DNA of 64,000 nt from Candidatus Latescibacterota bacterium (GTDB lineage: Bacteria > Latescibacterota > UBA2968): assembly GCA_965207885.1 (NCBI GenBank), contig OZ242311.1, positions 6,112,001 to 6,176,000 of the forward strand. The letters are read 5' to 3'. The notes beneath the pieces were generated by a model. That model saw only the letters and a program-made list of their open reading frames with translations. It did not search any database and had not been told where the DNA came from. Below are positions 8,895 to 18,905 of the stretch, piece after piece. Position 1 is the first letter of the stretch, and each line of letters begins with the position of its first letter. The translations under genes were made by a program, and so were the position numbers.

Positions 8895-11800
8895 ATGAAA
8901 AAAATTGCAATAGTGTTTCTCGTTATTCTGTGTTCGGCATCGGTGGTATATGCCGGCACAACCGGTAAACTTACCGGGACCGTCAAAGATGCAGCCGGGC
9001 AGGTTTTGCCCGGTGCAAATGTCGTCGTCCAGGTAGAGGGTATTCTGGTGGGTGCTTCTACCGATGCGGACGGACAGTTCTTCATTCTGGCCGTTCCGCC
9101 AGGCCTGCATACCGTCAAGGCATCGATGGTCGGATACCAGGATGTCACGCAGACCGAGGTTCGCGTGAAAATCGATCAGACCTCAACGCTGAATTTTAGC
9201 CTCCGCGAAGAGGTCCTCGCTGCCGAAGAAATGGTTGTTGTGGCCGAACGACCACCCGTCGAAGTCGATTTGACCGGCAGCAAAGCCGTCATGTCATCAG
9301 TCGAACTCGACCGGAGCTTTGTCGCCAATATCAAGCAAGCTGTAGATACGCAGCAGGGCGTCAACTACAATGGCGGCATCCGCGGTGGGTTCGGTCTGGA
9401 TGTTTCCTATTATGTCGATGGTATGGAGTTGCGCGATGGTGCGTCCAACTCCAACTGGACGGGTATCAACACTTCCACAGTGCAGGAACTGGAGGTCCTG
9501 TCGGGAGGGTACAATGCCGAATACGGCCGCGCCAATGGCGCTGTGATCAATATGGTGACCAAATCGTCGAGGACCAGGGTCCACAGTACGCTCGATTACA
9601 AAATGCGCCCCGCTGGCATCTATCACTGGGGCGGGCATATTTACGGCCCTGAGCGCTACGAAAACCGCGTGATGAGCAATCCGGATTGGTGGAATAATCA
9701 CCCACCACCCGGCTGGTTCGGGACGGGCCACGTCACTGCGGCAGACGAGTACAAGAAAGGGCTTCGCGATAATCGCGATGGCGTGAATACGGCCCTGGCG
9801 CAGCACTGGATCATGAACTACCTGACTGCGCCCTGGATACAGGATTTAAAAGAGTACGACAAACGCACGCAGCACGGATATGAAGGCACGCTCTACGGTC
9901 CCCTGACCAAAAGGGCTTCTTTTATGGCTTCGGGCAGGTACTACAAGGGCGTTCCCAAATATCCTTCCGCATTGAATTACAACCCGGAATGGAACTTACA
10001 GAGTTCCCTGACTTTTGATGTCACTCAGAATTCAAGGGTTAAACTTCAGGGGATGCACGGCGGGTTTAACAACACGGACCAGTTCCGCACGCTGTACGGT
10101 TCCAGCGAGGACAATGGCTTGTGGCAGAACCGCAGCGGTGCGCATATTGCGTATCCCTCCAATAGCTGGAAATTTTTCCCCTTTGTGGCTCAGGGCACCC
10201 CGAGCCCGACCCCCCGAGCTCCCGAATACGTGCGGATGTGGAGCGGGCAGGCAAAGCTGACCCATATCTTTGACCCCAGAACATTTCTGGATGTCAATTT
10301 GAGCTACTTCTGGTATTTCCGCGAAGCCAATTACAGGCGGGACAATTTGTGGAAGACCAGCCACGCCGCCTATTCGAAGGGTTTTGACTGGAACGAAGTG
10401 CTGGTTGAGGAGGAAAACAAGCGCCTGACCAGGGGCCTGCCATTTCACGGCGTTGGCAGAATCTCCGGGATTCCCGGTTGGGGCCTCAACTACCCCGGCG
10501 ACCACGCCCAGGATTACGCCAAGGCCTATAACTATACCATCAAGGCCGATTTTACCAAGCAGGTCGATGATGTGCATCAACTGAAGGCCGGGCTATACGG
10601 ATCTTACCAGTTTTTCGACCGGTACTTCCACTTCGGGTATATCAGCACAGCCTGGGTCACAGATCCGATTGCCCGGGATACCAATCCCTATGAAGGTGCG
10701 ATCTATATTCAGGATAAGATCGAGACCATGGGCATGATCGTAAATGCCGGGCTGCGGGTGGATATGTACAATGTCAATGCTTATGTCAGCGATGACGTCT
10801 TCGACCCGCTTCGGATCGATCAGGATACGCCGGGCAATGTCAAACAGAGCGAGATATCCATCGGCGATCCCTATGGGTATAAGAATATTTCCAGTACTGA
10901 CGAGTTTGCAGAACACACGCCCACGCAGTGGGCAATCTCGCCCAGAATCGGTATTTCCCACCCCATTACAGATAGGACCGTGCTGCACTTTATGTACGGG
11001 CATTTCAATCAGCGGCCTTCGTGGCAAAAGATGACCAACACGCCTTTTATGCAATTGAGGCCCTATCCCGAGACTGATCCCATCCTCACACCGCTGCCAG
11101 CGGACTACGGACAGAAGCACGGCTATTCTTATACGCACTGGGCAGGTGCCGGAAATCCCGGTCTGGAGTTCGAAAAAATGATCCAGTATGAGGTCGGCTT
11201 CGATCAGAATATCGCCGATTTGCTCAATCTGGACGTGACCCTGTATTACAAGGATGGCAAGAATCTGACGGCCGCCGGATTCAGGAATGATGAGAGTTTT
11301 CTCGCCTATTACGGGACATATACCGGTACGGGCCACCGCTTGTTCCCCGATTTTAACGGCCTGGGATCCAGGGGACCGGGCAAGAGCGGGAGTCTGGTGG
11401 TTAACGGCAATATGTTTTTCCAGGATGTGCGGGGGTTGGAAATAACGATGGATAGCCGCTTCCAACAGTATGCCCACTTCAAGTTCCACTACAATTTGTC
11501 TTATTCGAATACCGGCATCTATGGACTGCGGAATGTCTATCGCGTTCAGCCGGATGGGCAGAAGGCGCGTCCGGACAGCCGTCACGGTGCGAACAACAGG
11601 GACAAGGGGGTATCTGGCAGAGACAACGCGTACTGGAATCCTCGGAACAGTGCCAAATTGACGGCTACGGTGTTTACACCGGCGAATTTTGGGCCTGTGG
11701 TGGGCGGTTGGAGACCCCTGGGCGATTGGAACGTGAACCTGCATTCCACCTGGAATCAGGGCTTCAAATATACCTACCACTCGCCGGGCGATCCATCTAC

Positions 11801-12104
11801 TGAGCCATTGAACATGCGGTGGAAACCCATGTGGAATACCAACATGATGGTCTCAAAGGGATTTGACAATATCATTCCGGGTGCGCGAACGGAAATCAAT
11901 GTCACGGTGGTCAATCTCTTCAATCAGAAACAACTGCGCCTCCCCTCGGGCAACAATCTGCAGCAATACCACGAGAACGGCAGGCTGCCATTTGTCGTGT
12001 ATGGCACTGGCGAATTCCGAGAGGAAGAGGACGATGTCTGGCGTTGGTACAACCAGCGGCAGATGCCGCGCGAGGTGATATTTGGCGTTCAGGTGAGGTG
12101 GTAG
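8895..12104 (+). CDS. TonB-dependent receptor with N-terminal carboxypeptidase-regulatory-like domain
   Basis: Signal peptide, TTGKLTG.V.D..G..LPGANV, plug motif IRGG...GGYNAEYG.A.GAVINMVTK, YIQDKIE, SPRIGISHPIT, terminal aromatic beta-signal (QVRW). Confidence 0.92.
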   Translation: MKKIAIVFLVILCSASVVYAGTTGKLTGTVKDAAGQVLPGANVVVQVEGILVGASTDADGQFFILAVPPGLHTVKASMVGYQDVTQTEVRVKIDQTSTLNFSLREEVLAAEEMVVVAERPPVEVDLTGSKAVMSSVELDRSFVANIKQAVDTQQGVNYNGGIRGGFGLDVSYYVDGMELRDGASNSNWTGINTSTVQELEVLSGGYNAEYGRANGAVINMVTKSSRTRVHSTLDYKMRPAGIYHWGGHIYGPERYENRVMSNPDWWNNHPPPGWFGTGHVTAADEYKKGLRDNRDGVNTALAQHWIMNYLTAPWIQDLKEYDKRTQHGYEGTLYGPLTKRASFMASGRYYKGVPKYPSALNYNPEWNLQSSLTFDVTQNSRVKLQGMHGGFNNTDQFRTLYGSSEDNGLWQNRSGAHIAYPSNSWKFFPFVAQGTPSPTPRAPEYVRMWSGQAKLTHIFDPRTFLDVNLSYFWYFREANYRRDNLWKTSHAAYSKGFDWNEVLVEEENKRLTRGLPFHGVGRISGIPGWGLNYPGDHAQDYAKAYNYTIKADFTKQVDDVHQLKAGLYGSYQFFDRYFHFGYISTAWVTDPIARDTNPYEGAIYIQDKIETMGMIVNAGLRVDMYNVNAYVSDDVFDPLRIDQDTPGNVKQSEISIGDPYGYKNISSTDEFAEHTPTQWAISPRIGISHPITDRTVLHFMYGHFNQRPSWQKMTNTPFMQLRPYPETDPILTPLPADYGQKHGYSYTHWAGAGNPGLEFEKMIQYEVGFDQNIADLLNLDVTLYYKDGKNLTAAGFRNDESFLAYYGTYTGTGHRLFPDFNGLGSRGPGKSGSLVVNGNMFFQDVRGLEITMDSRFQQYAHFKFHYNLSYSNTGIYGLRNVYRVQPDGQKARPDSRHGANNRDKGVSGRDNAYWNPRNSAKLTATVFTPANFGPVVGGWRPLGDWNVNLHSTWNQGFKYTYHSPGDPSTEPLNMRWKPMWNTNMMVSKGFDNIIPGARTEINVTVVNLFNQKQLRLPSGNNLQQYHENGRLPFVVYGTGEFREEEDDVWRWYNQRQMPREVIFGVQVRW

Positions 12105-12136
12105 AGCCTTTTATAGATGAAAGGAGAGGATGATTT

Positions 12137-14254
12137 ATGCGCTCATATTTCAGGCGGTTTAGATGGGCACTGTTGACCTCACTGCTCGGGTTGGCGGTTG
12201 CCGCGTCCGCAGTGCGGGCACAGAATGTGAACAATGAGGCCCTGACACGGGCGAAAATGTGGATGGAATCCTATGAAGCGGGTATCCCAGTTTCGGGCAG
12301 TATTGCAGGATGCGGACAGATCTCGTATCCCGGTTATCAGGGGAGTCTCAAAAATTCTTTGAATGGTGCGGGTTCCTGGACCACAGGCTCAGTGCGGGCG
12401 GTGCGGAACGACACTGCCTTCGTGCATGGGTTTGATGGCAACCAGTACCAGCCTCCCTGGGTCAGCATCGGCGAACCCACGAGGGTTATTAAGAATTACA
12501 ATTTTGTCGAAAGGGGTATCCATTTTCCGGAAGAGGTTATGGAGGGGGGGCTGATTTCGAACCATACCGGATGGCCCCCTGGAACCGAAGCAGATAACCT
12601 GAAGTATATTCTCAGGTCCAGAAGTATGGTCTGGAGCATTCCCAAATACGACGATTTCGTCATTACGGAATACACGATTATCAATGACGATTTCGCTCCT
12701 TTTCGCAATATGTTCTTCATTCACAGCTTTACGGTGCAGGTCACGCGGCAGGGCCGCGTTGGGGAGTTGAAAACCCAGTATGATACCGAGTATATCTGGG
12801 ATGAAAAACGAGGGGTTTTTGTTTTCTACGATGACAACTCCATTCCGATCAATACCGAGCAGGCAGTCACTTACGACATCGCACCGGGTAATGTCACGGG
12901 AGATGTCGGAGATCCGGGCAATATCAAGAGCCAGGGATCAATCGACTATCAGCTCTATTCTCCCCAGGTCGTCGGACACGGATTTGTGGATGTGCCGCCA
13001 AATGCGTTCGGCGAGTCCAGGGTACACCACTCAATCACCAATTACGACTGGAGCCTTTCCCCCACTGGTGTACATCCGGCGGCTCCGGAGTCGGAAAACG
13101 CAAAATGGGTGTGGGGAGGAGGTCGTCCTAATGTGTTAAACCTCGATAGATTTTCGGATATGCCCAGTCCGTTCGCCTTTTCCCAGTCGAAAATGAGCTA
13201 TCGAGCAGCCGCACAGGATCCAACGACCTCAGATGGTGGCATATACGAACGGTGGCCGGTCTATGCTATGGGCATCGGACCGTACAATCTGGCCCCTGGA
13301 GACTCGATCACATTTACCCGTATCATGTGTGCCGGGGAAATGGACCGCAACCTCGCCATGCTGGGCGGCGAAGCGGCCACGAGACTGATCGACATGGACT
13401 TTGCAAGTGAGGTGGAAGGGGCGAGTAATGAACACGCTTCTATCAAGGAATTTCGCAAGAACTGGGACGCGGCAATAGAATTGATCGAAACCAGGAACGC
13501 GACGGGTTTTTACACGCCAACTGCTGTTCCTCCACCTACCGTGGGCAATCCGCCCAAGATGCTTTTGGGTGATGAACTGGAAGCGGAGATTTTTAAATCC
13601 GAGGAAGGCGGGTCGTTCAAGTCCGGCGTCGAACTCCGGTGGATACCCGTTCCGAGCAATTATGTGGATCCGCTCACGGGCGAAGCCGATTTTGCAGGCT
13701 ACAAGGTGTATTCGTCCCCCGTCGGCATCGAAGGTCCCTGGGAGTTGCGGGCCACCATCAACAAAGGCCAGGAGAACATTCAGGACGGGCGGGTGGTTTT
13801 CCAGCTTGAAACCGATCCCGGCATTCCACTGCGCTATGGCGTGACCAGTTTTGATACGCAGGGATTGGAAAGCGGCATGACGGCTTATACCTACGATTCG
13901 ATCACGTCGAAGCGAGCACCCTCAAATGATTTTGCAGATGTGCGCGTGGTGCCCAATCCCTTCCGCCAGGTCAGTGGACACCCCGATCCCGGGCAGGCAA
14001 AGCGGTTGACATTTGTGAATGTGCCGTCGCAATGTACTATTCGCATCTACAATCTGGCGGGAGATTTGATTCGCACCATCCAGCACGACGATGGATTCGG
14101 CGAAGAAGCCTGGGGATCTACCACGGATAACGATTATATGCTCACGCGGTTTTTCCACAATGTGATGCCAGGGCTTTATATTTATCAGATAACTTCTGAA
14201 GTGCCCGGACATGAAGGCGAATCTGCTATGGGCAAATTCGTCGTCATCAAATAA
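12137..14254 (+). CDS. Secreted protein with T9SS type A-like C-terminal domain
   Basis: Signal peptide; Fn3-like segment DFAGYKVY..VTSFD; CTD VRVVPNPF..IRIYNLAGDLIR..PGLYIY..GKFVVIK. Confidence 0.75.
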   Translation: MRSYFRRFRWALLTSLLGLAVAASAVRAQNVNNEALTRAKMWMESYEAGIPVSGSIAGCGQISYPGYQGSLKNSLNGAGSWTTGSVRAVRNDTAFVHGFDGNQYQPPWVSIGEPTRVIKNYNFVERGIHFPEEVMEGGLISNHTGWPPGTEADNLKYILRSRSMVWSIPKYDDFVITEYTIINDDFAPFRNMFFIHSFTVQVTRQGRVGELKTQYDTEYIWDEKRGVFVFYDDNSIPINTEQAVTYDIAPGNVTGDVGDPGNIKSQGSIDYQLYSPQVVGHGFVDVPPNAFGESRVHHSITNYDWSLSPTGVHPAAPESENAKWVWGGGRPNVLNLDRFSDMPSPFAFSQSKMSYRAAAQDPTTSDGGIYERWPVYAMGIGPYNLAPGDSITFTRIMCAGEMDRNLAMLGGEAATRLIDMDFASEVEGASNEHASIKEFRKNWDAAIELIETRNATGFYTPTAVPPPTVGNPPKMLLGDELEAEIFKSEEGGSFKSGVELRWIPVPSNYVDPLTGEADFAGYKVYSSPVGIEGPWELRATINKGQENIQDGRVVFQLETDPGIPLRYGVTSFDTQGLESGMTAYTYDSITSKRAPSNDFADVRVVPNPFRQVSGHPDPGQAKRLTFVNVPSQCTIRIYNLAGDLIRTIQHDDGFGEEAWGSTTDNDYMLTRFFHNVMPGLYIYQITSEVPGHEGESAMGKFVVIK

Positions 14255-14284
14255 CCCTGTTACGGATAATTGGAGGACAGACTA

Positions 14285-15352
14285 ATGAATCGCCATTTCT
14301 ACATCTTATGCGCAATATTGGCCGTGTTCTTCCTGCCGCACAGGGCCAGCGGGCAGACGACCTACGGCGAACAGGAATTTGGTCTGGGCATTTCGCCAGC
14401 GCCTTTTGAACGCGTTGGCATGTCCGGCTGGCAATTTCTGAAAATTCCGACCAGCGCCCGCATCGCTGCAATGGGTGGTGTTGCTACCGCCATTAGCCAC
14501 GGCGATGCCAGTTTTGCATTCAACAATCCGGCTTCTACAACAGATGTTGAAGACTTAGATGTTTTTGTGGGTAGAATCAACTGGATTGCCGATATCGGAT
14601 ACAATGTGGGCAGTGTTGTCAAAAACCTGGACCAATGGGGCTATGTGGGGATCAACGCGACCGCTCTGGATTACGGCACCATGTACCGCACAGAAAATAT
14701 TGAAGTTCTGGATGCTGCGGGCAGGCGCACTGGCAACGTATCCATCAATCTGGACGAAGGCACATTTAGCGGCGGCAATCTCTCCATTGGCCTGACTTAT
14801 GGCAGGAAAGTGACAGATCGGTTGCAAATTGGTGGTAATCTGCGCTATATGGAAGAACAGTTAGACGATGTGCAGGGGGCCAAAACAGCCAACTGGGCGC
14901 TGGATATCGGCACTGTGTATTACACGGGGATCAAAAGTTTGCGGATTGCAATGGTCGGTCGGAATTTCGGTCCGGATACGCAGTTCTCCGAATACGACGA
15001 ACGCATCCAGACGCCTCCGGTCAATGTCCGCATGCCTATGTCATTTTCACTGGGTGCAGCTATTGATTTGTTCGAGGATGAAGAAGATCCGCATTTCATG
15101 ACCCTCGTGGGCGAGTTTGTACACCCGAACGATGGTCGGGAAAAATTGAATTTTGGTGCGGAGTACACTTATAATAATATGGGGATTTTACGGGCTGGAT
15201 ACAGGTACAACTACGATGAGGAGGGGTTGACGATTGGGGCAGGTGTTCGGCACAGTACCGGACAACTGGGTCTGAGGGTGGACTACGCGCTCGTGGATTT
15301 CGGGCGGTTGAACTATGTGCATCTCGTAACGCTCGGTATTAGCTATAAGTAG
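14285..15352 (+). CDS. PorV/PorQ family (FadL-like) outer-membrane beta-barrel
   Basis: QFLKI..SAR.AAMG, NPA, D.G..Y, N.G, GAEY, LRAGY, DYA motifs; RBS GGAGG before ATG 14285. Confidence 0.85.
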   Translation: MNRHFYILCAILAVFFLPHRASGQTTYGEQEFGLGISPAPFERVGMSGWQFLKIPTSARIAAMGGVATAISHGDASFAFNNPASTTDVEDLDVFVGRINWIADIGYNVGSVVKNLDQWGYVGINATALDYGTMYRTENIEVLDAAGRRTGNVSINLDEGTFSGGNLSIGLTYGRKVTDRLQIGGNLRYMEEQLDDVQGAKTANWALDIGTVYYTGIKSLRIAMVGRNFGPDTQFSEYDERIQTPPVNVRMPMSFSLGAAIDLFEDEEDPHFMTLVGEFVHPNDGREKLNFGAEYTYNNMGILRAGYRYNYDEEGLTIGAGVRHSTGQLGLRVDYALVDFGRLNYVHLVTLGISYK

Positions 15353-15376
15353 AATCGTTCGAGATTTTCAAATATG

Positions 15377-15419
15377 CAAACGCCAGTGCAGGTCTTTGTT
15401 GCACTGGCGTTTGTTTTTG
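15377..15419 (+). terminator. Rho-independent terminator
   Basis: Perfect 14-bp stem CAAACGCCAGTGCA / TGCACTGGCGTTTG followed by a T-tract, just after the PorV-like gene. Confidence 0.85.
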
Positions 15420-15426
15420 TCTGCTG

Positions 15427-15540
15427 TTAGGTATCTGTCAATACCTGACGATCTAAAACGCGCACCTCGGCCTCCAATCGCTCACCGAGGCGATCTTTCT
15501 CCAACTCCAAATTGTAGCGCGTCTGCAGATTGAGCCAGAG
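15427..15540 (-). pseudogene. higA: HigA-family antitoxin, C-terminal remnant
   Basis: Translates LWLNLQTRYNLELEKDRLGERLEAEVRVLDRQVLTDT*, matching the HigA W.NLQ..Y.L tail; in-frame stop 7 codons upstream, HTH absent. Confidence 0.7.
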
Positions 15541-15551
15541 TAGTATTTCTT

Positions 15552-15698
15552 TTACGCCTCAGATTCCCTTGATAGGAGCGTTCCGACTCTTTGTAAAACC
15601 GCATCCACTATCTCTGTGGGCAAAGGACATATCAACGCTGCATTTCTCGCCTGCCAATCCATGTTCTTGACCTGATCTGACAGAATAACACCCGTCAC
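15552..15698 (-). pseudogene. mazF: MazF/PemK toxin, C-terminal remnant
   Basis: Translates VTGVILSDQVKNMDWQARNAALICPLPTEIVDAVLQRVGTLL..., the MazF G.IL.DQVK..DW.AR motif; N-terminal half absent. Confidence 0.75.
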
Positions 15699-15887
15699 AT
15701 GAGTAGTAGATACAATGAAGATACATTGAAAATCGAATTTATCAAGGCCGATTTTGCATATCGCTCACGCAGTGGCAATGCGCGGTATTGCGTGCCATAT
15801 ACCAATGACAGAAAACTGGACATGACCCGTTTTGGTGGGTACCTTATCAGTAGTTCGCGGTTTGTTATTTCAAAAGGAGAAATACCT

Positions 15888-16784
15888 ATGTCTGAGCCAT
15901 GTTATTTTATCTCTGCTGGCGAATTGCGCGCGATTATTGGAGACGATACCGATCACGGCGCCGGGCAGGATCAACACAGCGGGGTCTGGTTTTTGACTTC
16001 GACCAAAGACGGTCATACTGCTGTGTCTCAGGGAAATGGGGTGCTGCTTTTCGGCCACCACCGAGGAAGACGGCCTGCGGTGAGGCGGGTAGATGAGACT
16101 GCGGTGGAGTTGTTTAAGGAGGCGTCAGAGGCCAATAATTTCGTGGAGACGCGGGGGGTCTATCGACTGGTCCCGCCACACTATATCGACTATGAGATGA
16201 CTGCCACGGCCCGAGAGGGGCACAGGCCACAGGAAGACTATTCCTTTGGCTGGTGTTGCTATGTCAATTCTCCGCTGGATGGCGGCATTCATTTTATCGA
16301 GAAGGGGCTGTGGACTTATTATTACAATCCGATTCACGGACAGGGGGCGATGATTTTTCCGACTGATCTGCCGGTGGATGAACGCGAGCCCTGGGGGCGG
16401 GATGCAGCTACGACATTTCTGGATGGGAAGCGGAATTTCAGCCATTCGGATTCGGGACATACTTTTGATCATCCCTTTTATTTTGGCATTATCCGGGGCA
16501 TGATGTTTTTGATTATGGCGGATGATTATCCGGGATTTCGGTTCTATCTTTCTCCTTCGGGTGCTGGCGGATCAATTGTTCCGGGGCAGAGTAGCCCCGC
16601 GTGGGATTTTAACTGGCAGGTGAACGCGCTTCCCGTGGATGAACCACAGGTGCTCCATGTGCGTGTGGCGTACAAGCGGCTGGAAAAGACAGAGGCGGTT
16701 CCAAACGGGTACGCGGCAGACCACGCCTATTGGGAATTCCAGAAGTTTCGGGAGATTCATCCTATTCGGGGAGCACGCGATTAA
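15888..16784 (+). CDS. Hypothetical protein (possibly a beta-sandwich carbohydrate-related fold)
   Basis: RBS AAAGGAG before ATG 15888; aromatic-rich; SPSG.GG...PAWDF segment; function not recognised. Confidence 0.65.
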   Translation: MSEPCYFISAGELRAIIGDDTDHGAGQDQHSGVWFLTSTKDGHTAVSQGNGVLLFGHHRGRRPAVRRVDETAVELFKEASEANNFVETRGVYRLVPPHYIDYEMTATAREGHRPQEDYSFGWCCYVNSPLDGGIHFIEKGLWTYYYNPIHGQGAMIFPTDLPVDEREPWGRDAATTFLDGKRNFSHSDSGHTFDHPFYFGIIRGMMFLIMADDYPGFRFYLSPSGAGGSIVPGQSSPAWDFNWQVNALPVDEPQVLHVRVAYKRLEKTEAVPNGYAADHAYWEFQKFREIHPIRGARD

Positions 16785-16803
16785 GGGTTCACTGCCCAGG
16801 AGG

Positions 16804-17622
16804 TTAGAGATGCGACCGCAGAAAGGTCAGGCTCTGGTCCATCCAGTCGGCGTGTTCGGCGCTGCCGGGCGGCAGCCGCAGTTTGATGCAGGCAGTGGTC
16901 TTTTCCGGATCGGGAAGCCGTTCGGATAGCATCGGCAGAAGTGTCTCAAAATCGACCGAGCCTCGCCCGATCGACGTTCCCCAGATTGTCACGTCGTTCG
17001 AGCGATGGGGATAGATCTGTACGTCTTTGAATGCCACCGCCACCGCGTGGGGCAACACCACCTTCGCGGCAGCTACTGGTTCTTCGCAGACCGGAAAGGG
17101 ATTGGCGGTATCGAACGCCATCATCAGGTTCGGGTGGCACACCTTCTCCATTACCGATACCATTTCGTGGCTCCGATAGTCCAGGTGGGGCAGCAAGGAG
17201 AGTTGGATGTCTCTTTCCGACGCCGCTTCTGCCACCGGTCTCAGGTGATCGGCCGCCAGGCGCAACTGGTCGGCCAGCGGGGGCTGTCGCGTAAACCGGT
17301 TGTGAAGGCTCCCTCTCCCAAAGATTACGACCGTTTTCACCCCGCCGATACTGGCTTGGTCAAATGCCCGCTCCGCCCGCTCTCGCAACCGGATTTCACC
17401 CCCGTCCGGCGTTACGAAATCCTCGCTCCAGTAGCCCACCCACGTCACTCCCAGATCGGCCGCTTTCTCTTTGACTTCCTTCGGATGGTCCGTCCCCGAC
17501 AGGGGCAGCGGCGCCTCCAGAGCCTTCAGGTCGTATTCCGCGCAGCGGTCCAGCAACCACAATAGCGGCGCCTGCTCGGGAAGTATGCCGCTGTAGGTTG
17601 GCGATGCCAGTCCCAGGATCAC
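16804..17622 (-). CDS. Xylose isomerase-like TIM barrel protein with degenerate metal ligands
   Basis: Family pattern FDTANP..EEP, FKD, IG.GSVDF, but several ligand positions are altered. Confidence 0.7.
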   Translation of the reverse strand: MILGLASPTYSGILPEQAPLLWLLDRCAEYDLKALEAPLPLSGTDHPKEVKEKAADLGVTWVGYWSEDFVTPDGGEIRLRERAERAFDQASIGGVKTVVIFGRGSLHNRFTRQPPLADQLRLAADHLRPVAEAASERDIQLSLLPHLDYRSHEMVSVMEKVCHPNLMMAFDTANPFPVCEEPVAAAKVVLPHAVAVAFKDVQIYPHRSNDVTIWGTSIGRGSVDFETLLPMLSERLPDPEKTTACIKLRLPPGSAEHADWMDQSLTFLRSHL

Positions 17623-17801
17623 TGTTTTTTTCCTTTAGATTTCCAAATGTCAGCGTGTCCCGCAAAGTACGGGCGTGACAAATGGGTGTCAACGGAAATC
17701 CTCTCTTGTTTTAGCAGACATGACACACTATCTTGCCCCTGGATTCTTCCATTAGACCTGCCCCCTACGGCGATTTCATCCTATGTGTCAAGGAGCATTC
17801 T

Positions 17802-18830
17802 ATGCGACCTATATCCTTTGAAGACGATCTTTCTCGTTTGATCGATCAGGCGCAGCCATCCCTTCTGTTTGAGGGTGCGACTAAGGAGGATTTTTGCGCC
17901 TGGCAGGAGGGGTTTCGAGATGTGCTGACCGGGCTGATTGGCCCGCGGCCCGAACGGGCTGCGCTTTGTCTTGAGTTTGAGGAGGAGATCGATTGCGGTC
18001 TGTACGTGCGCAGGCGGATTTCCTATCAGACAGAGTCGGGGGTTTTTGTGCCGGCTTATCTTCTGGTGCCGAAGGGGCTGGCGCAGGGGGATAAAGCGCC
18101 GGGTCTCCTCTGTATTCACGGACACGGGCATTTTGGGAAGGATAGTGTGGTCGGGCTAAATGATACGCCCGAGCGGCAGGCTGAGATCGATAAGTGCAAT
18201 TACGATTTTGGGCACGGGTTTGCAGAACAGGGTTATGTGGTTCTCGCTCCGGATCTTCGGGGGTTTGGAGAGCGCAGGCCCGGCTATCCCGGTCCCCGGA
18301 CTGATTTTTGTCCCCGGAATTATATGTGTGCTACTTTGCTGGGTACTACTGTGGTGGCGCTCCATCTCTGCGATTTGGAGGCTGCTCTGGATGTTTTACA
18401 GGCACTTGATTTTGTCGATGAGAACCGGCTGGGGTGCGCGGGGCTGTCGCTGGGGGGGCGGATGACGATGATGATTTCGGCTTTTGATTCCCGGATTAAG
18501 ATCGCGGTTCCGTCCGGGTGTATGAATTTGTACCAGGAACGCTATCAGGCTCTGAGTCAGTGCGGCGCGCAGTTGATTCCCGGTCTGCTCCGCTATGGCG
18601 ATACGCCGGAAATTTTTTCTTTGATCGCGCCCCGGCCTATGGTGATTGAGATTGGGACGCGGGATCGGCTTATTCCCCACGATTGGGCAGCGCGCGGTCT
18701 GGCGCGGATTCGGAAGGCGTATCGGGCTGCAGGTGCTATAGAGGATCTGTTTGTGGATCGGTTCGACGGGGGGCATCAGTTCAATATGACCGTGGCCCAG
18801 AGGGTTCTGGGAAGGTTGCGCAGAGGATGA
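17802..18830 (+). CDS. Alpha/beta hydrolase (dienelactone hydrolase / acetylxylan esterase-like)
   Basis: HGHG, GYVVLAPD.RGFGER, nucleophile GLSLGG, LIAPRP, C-terminal GGH; RBS AGGAG before 17802. Confidence 0.85.
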   Translation: MRPISFEDDLSRLIDQAQPSLLFEGATKEDFCAWQEGFRDVLTGLIGPRPERAALCLEFEEEIDCGLYVRRRISYQTESGVFVPAYLLVPKGLAQGDKAPGLLCIHGHGHFGKDSVVGLNDTPERQAEIDKCNYDFGHGFAEQGYVVLAPDLRGFGERRPGYPGPRTDFCPRNYMCATLLGTTVVALHLCDLEAALDVLQALDFVDENRLGCAGLSLGGRMTMMISAFDSRIKIAVPSGCMNLYQERYQALSQCGAQLIPGLLRYGDTPEIFSLIAPRPMVIEIGTRDRLIPHDWAARGLARIRKAYRAAGAIEDLFVDRFDGGHQFNMTVAQRVLGRLRRG

Positions 18831-18905
18831 TGAGTTGGCATTGCGCTTTGGTGAGGTTTGTCGGATATTGTCTGCGCGTGTGAATTGCAAGATAGGACAA
18901 AAGTG

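Noticed and set aside
10593-11780. 395-aa minus-strand ORF
   Set aside because: Antisense to the TonB receptor; typical shadow frame.
15699-15887. N-terminal extension of the 361-aa ORF
   Set aside because: A strong RBS precedes ATG 15888 and the extension looks non-coding.
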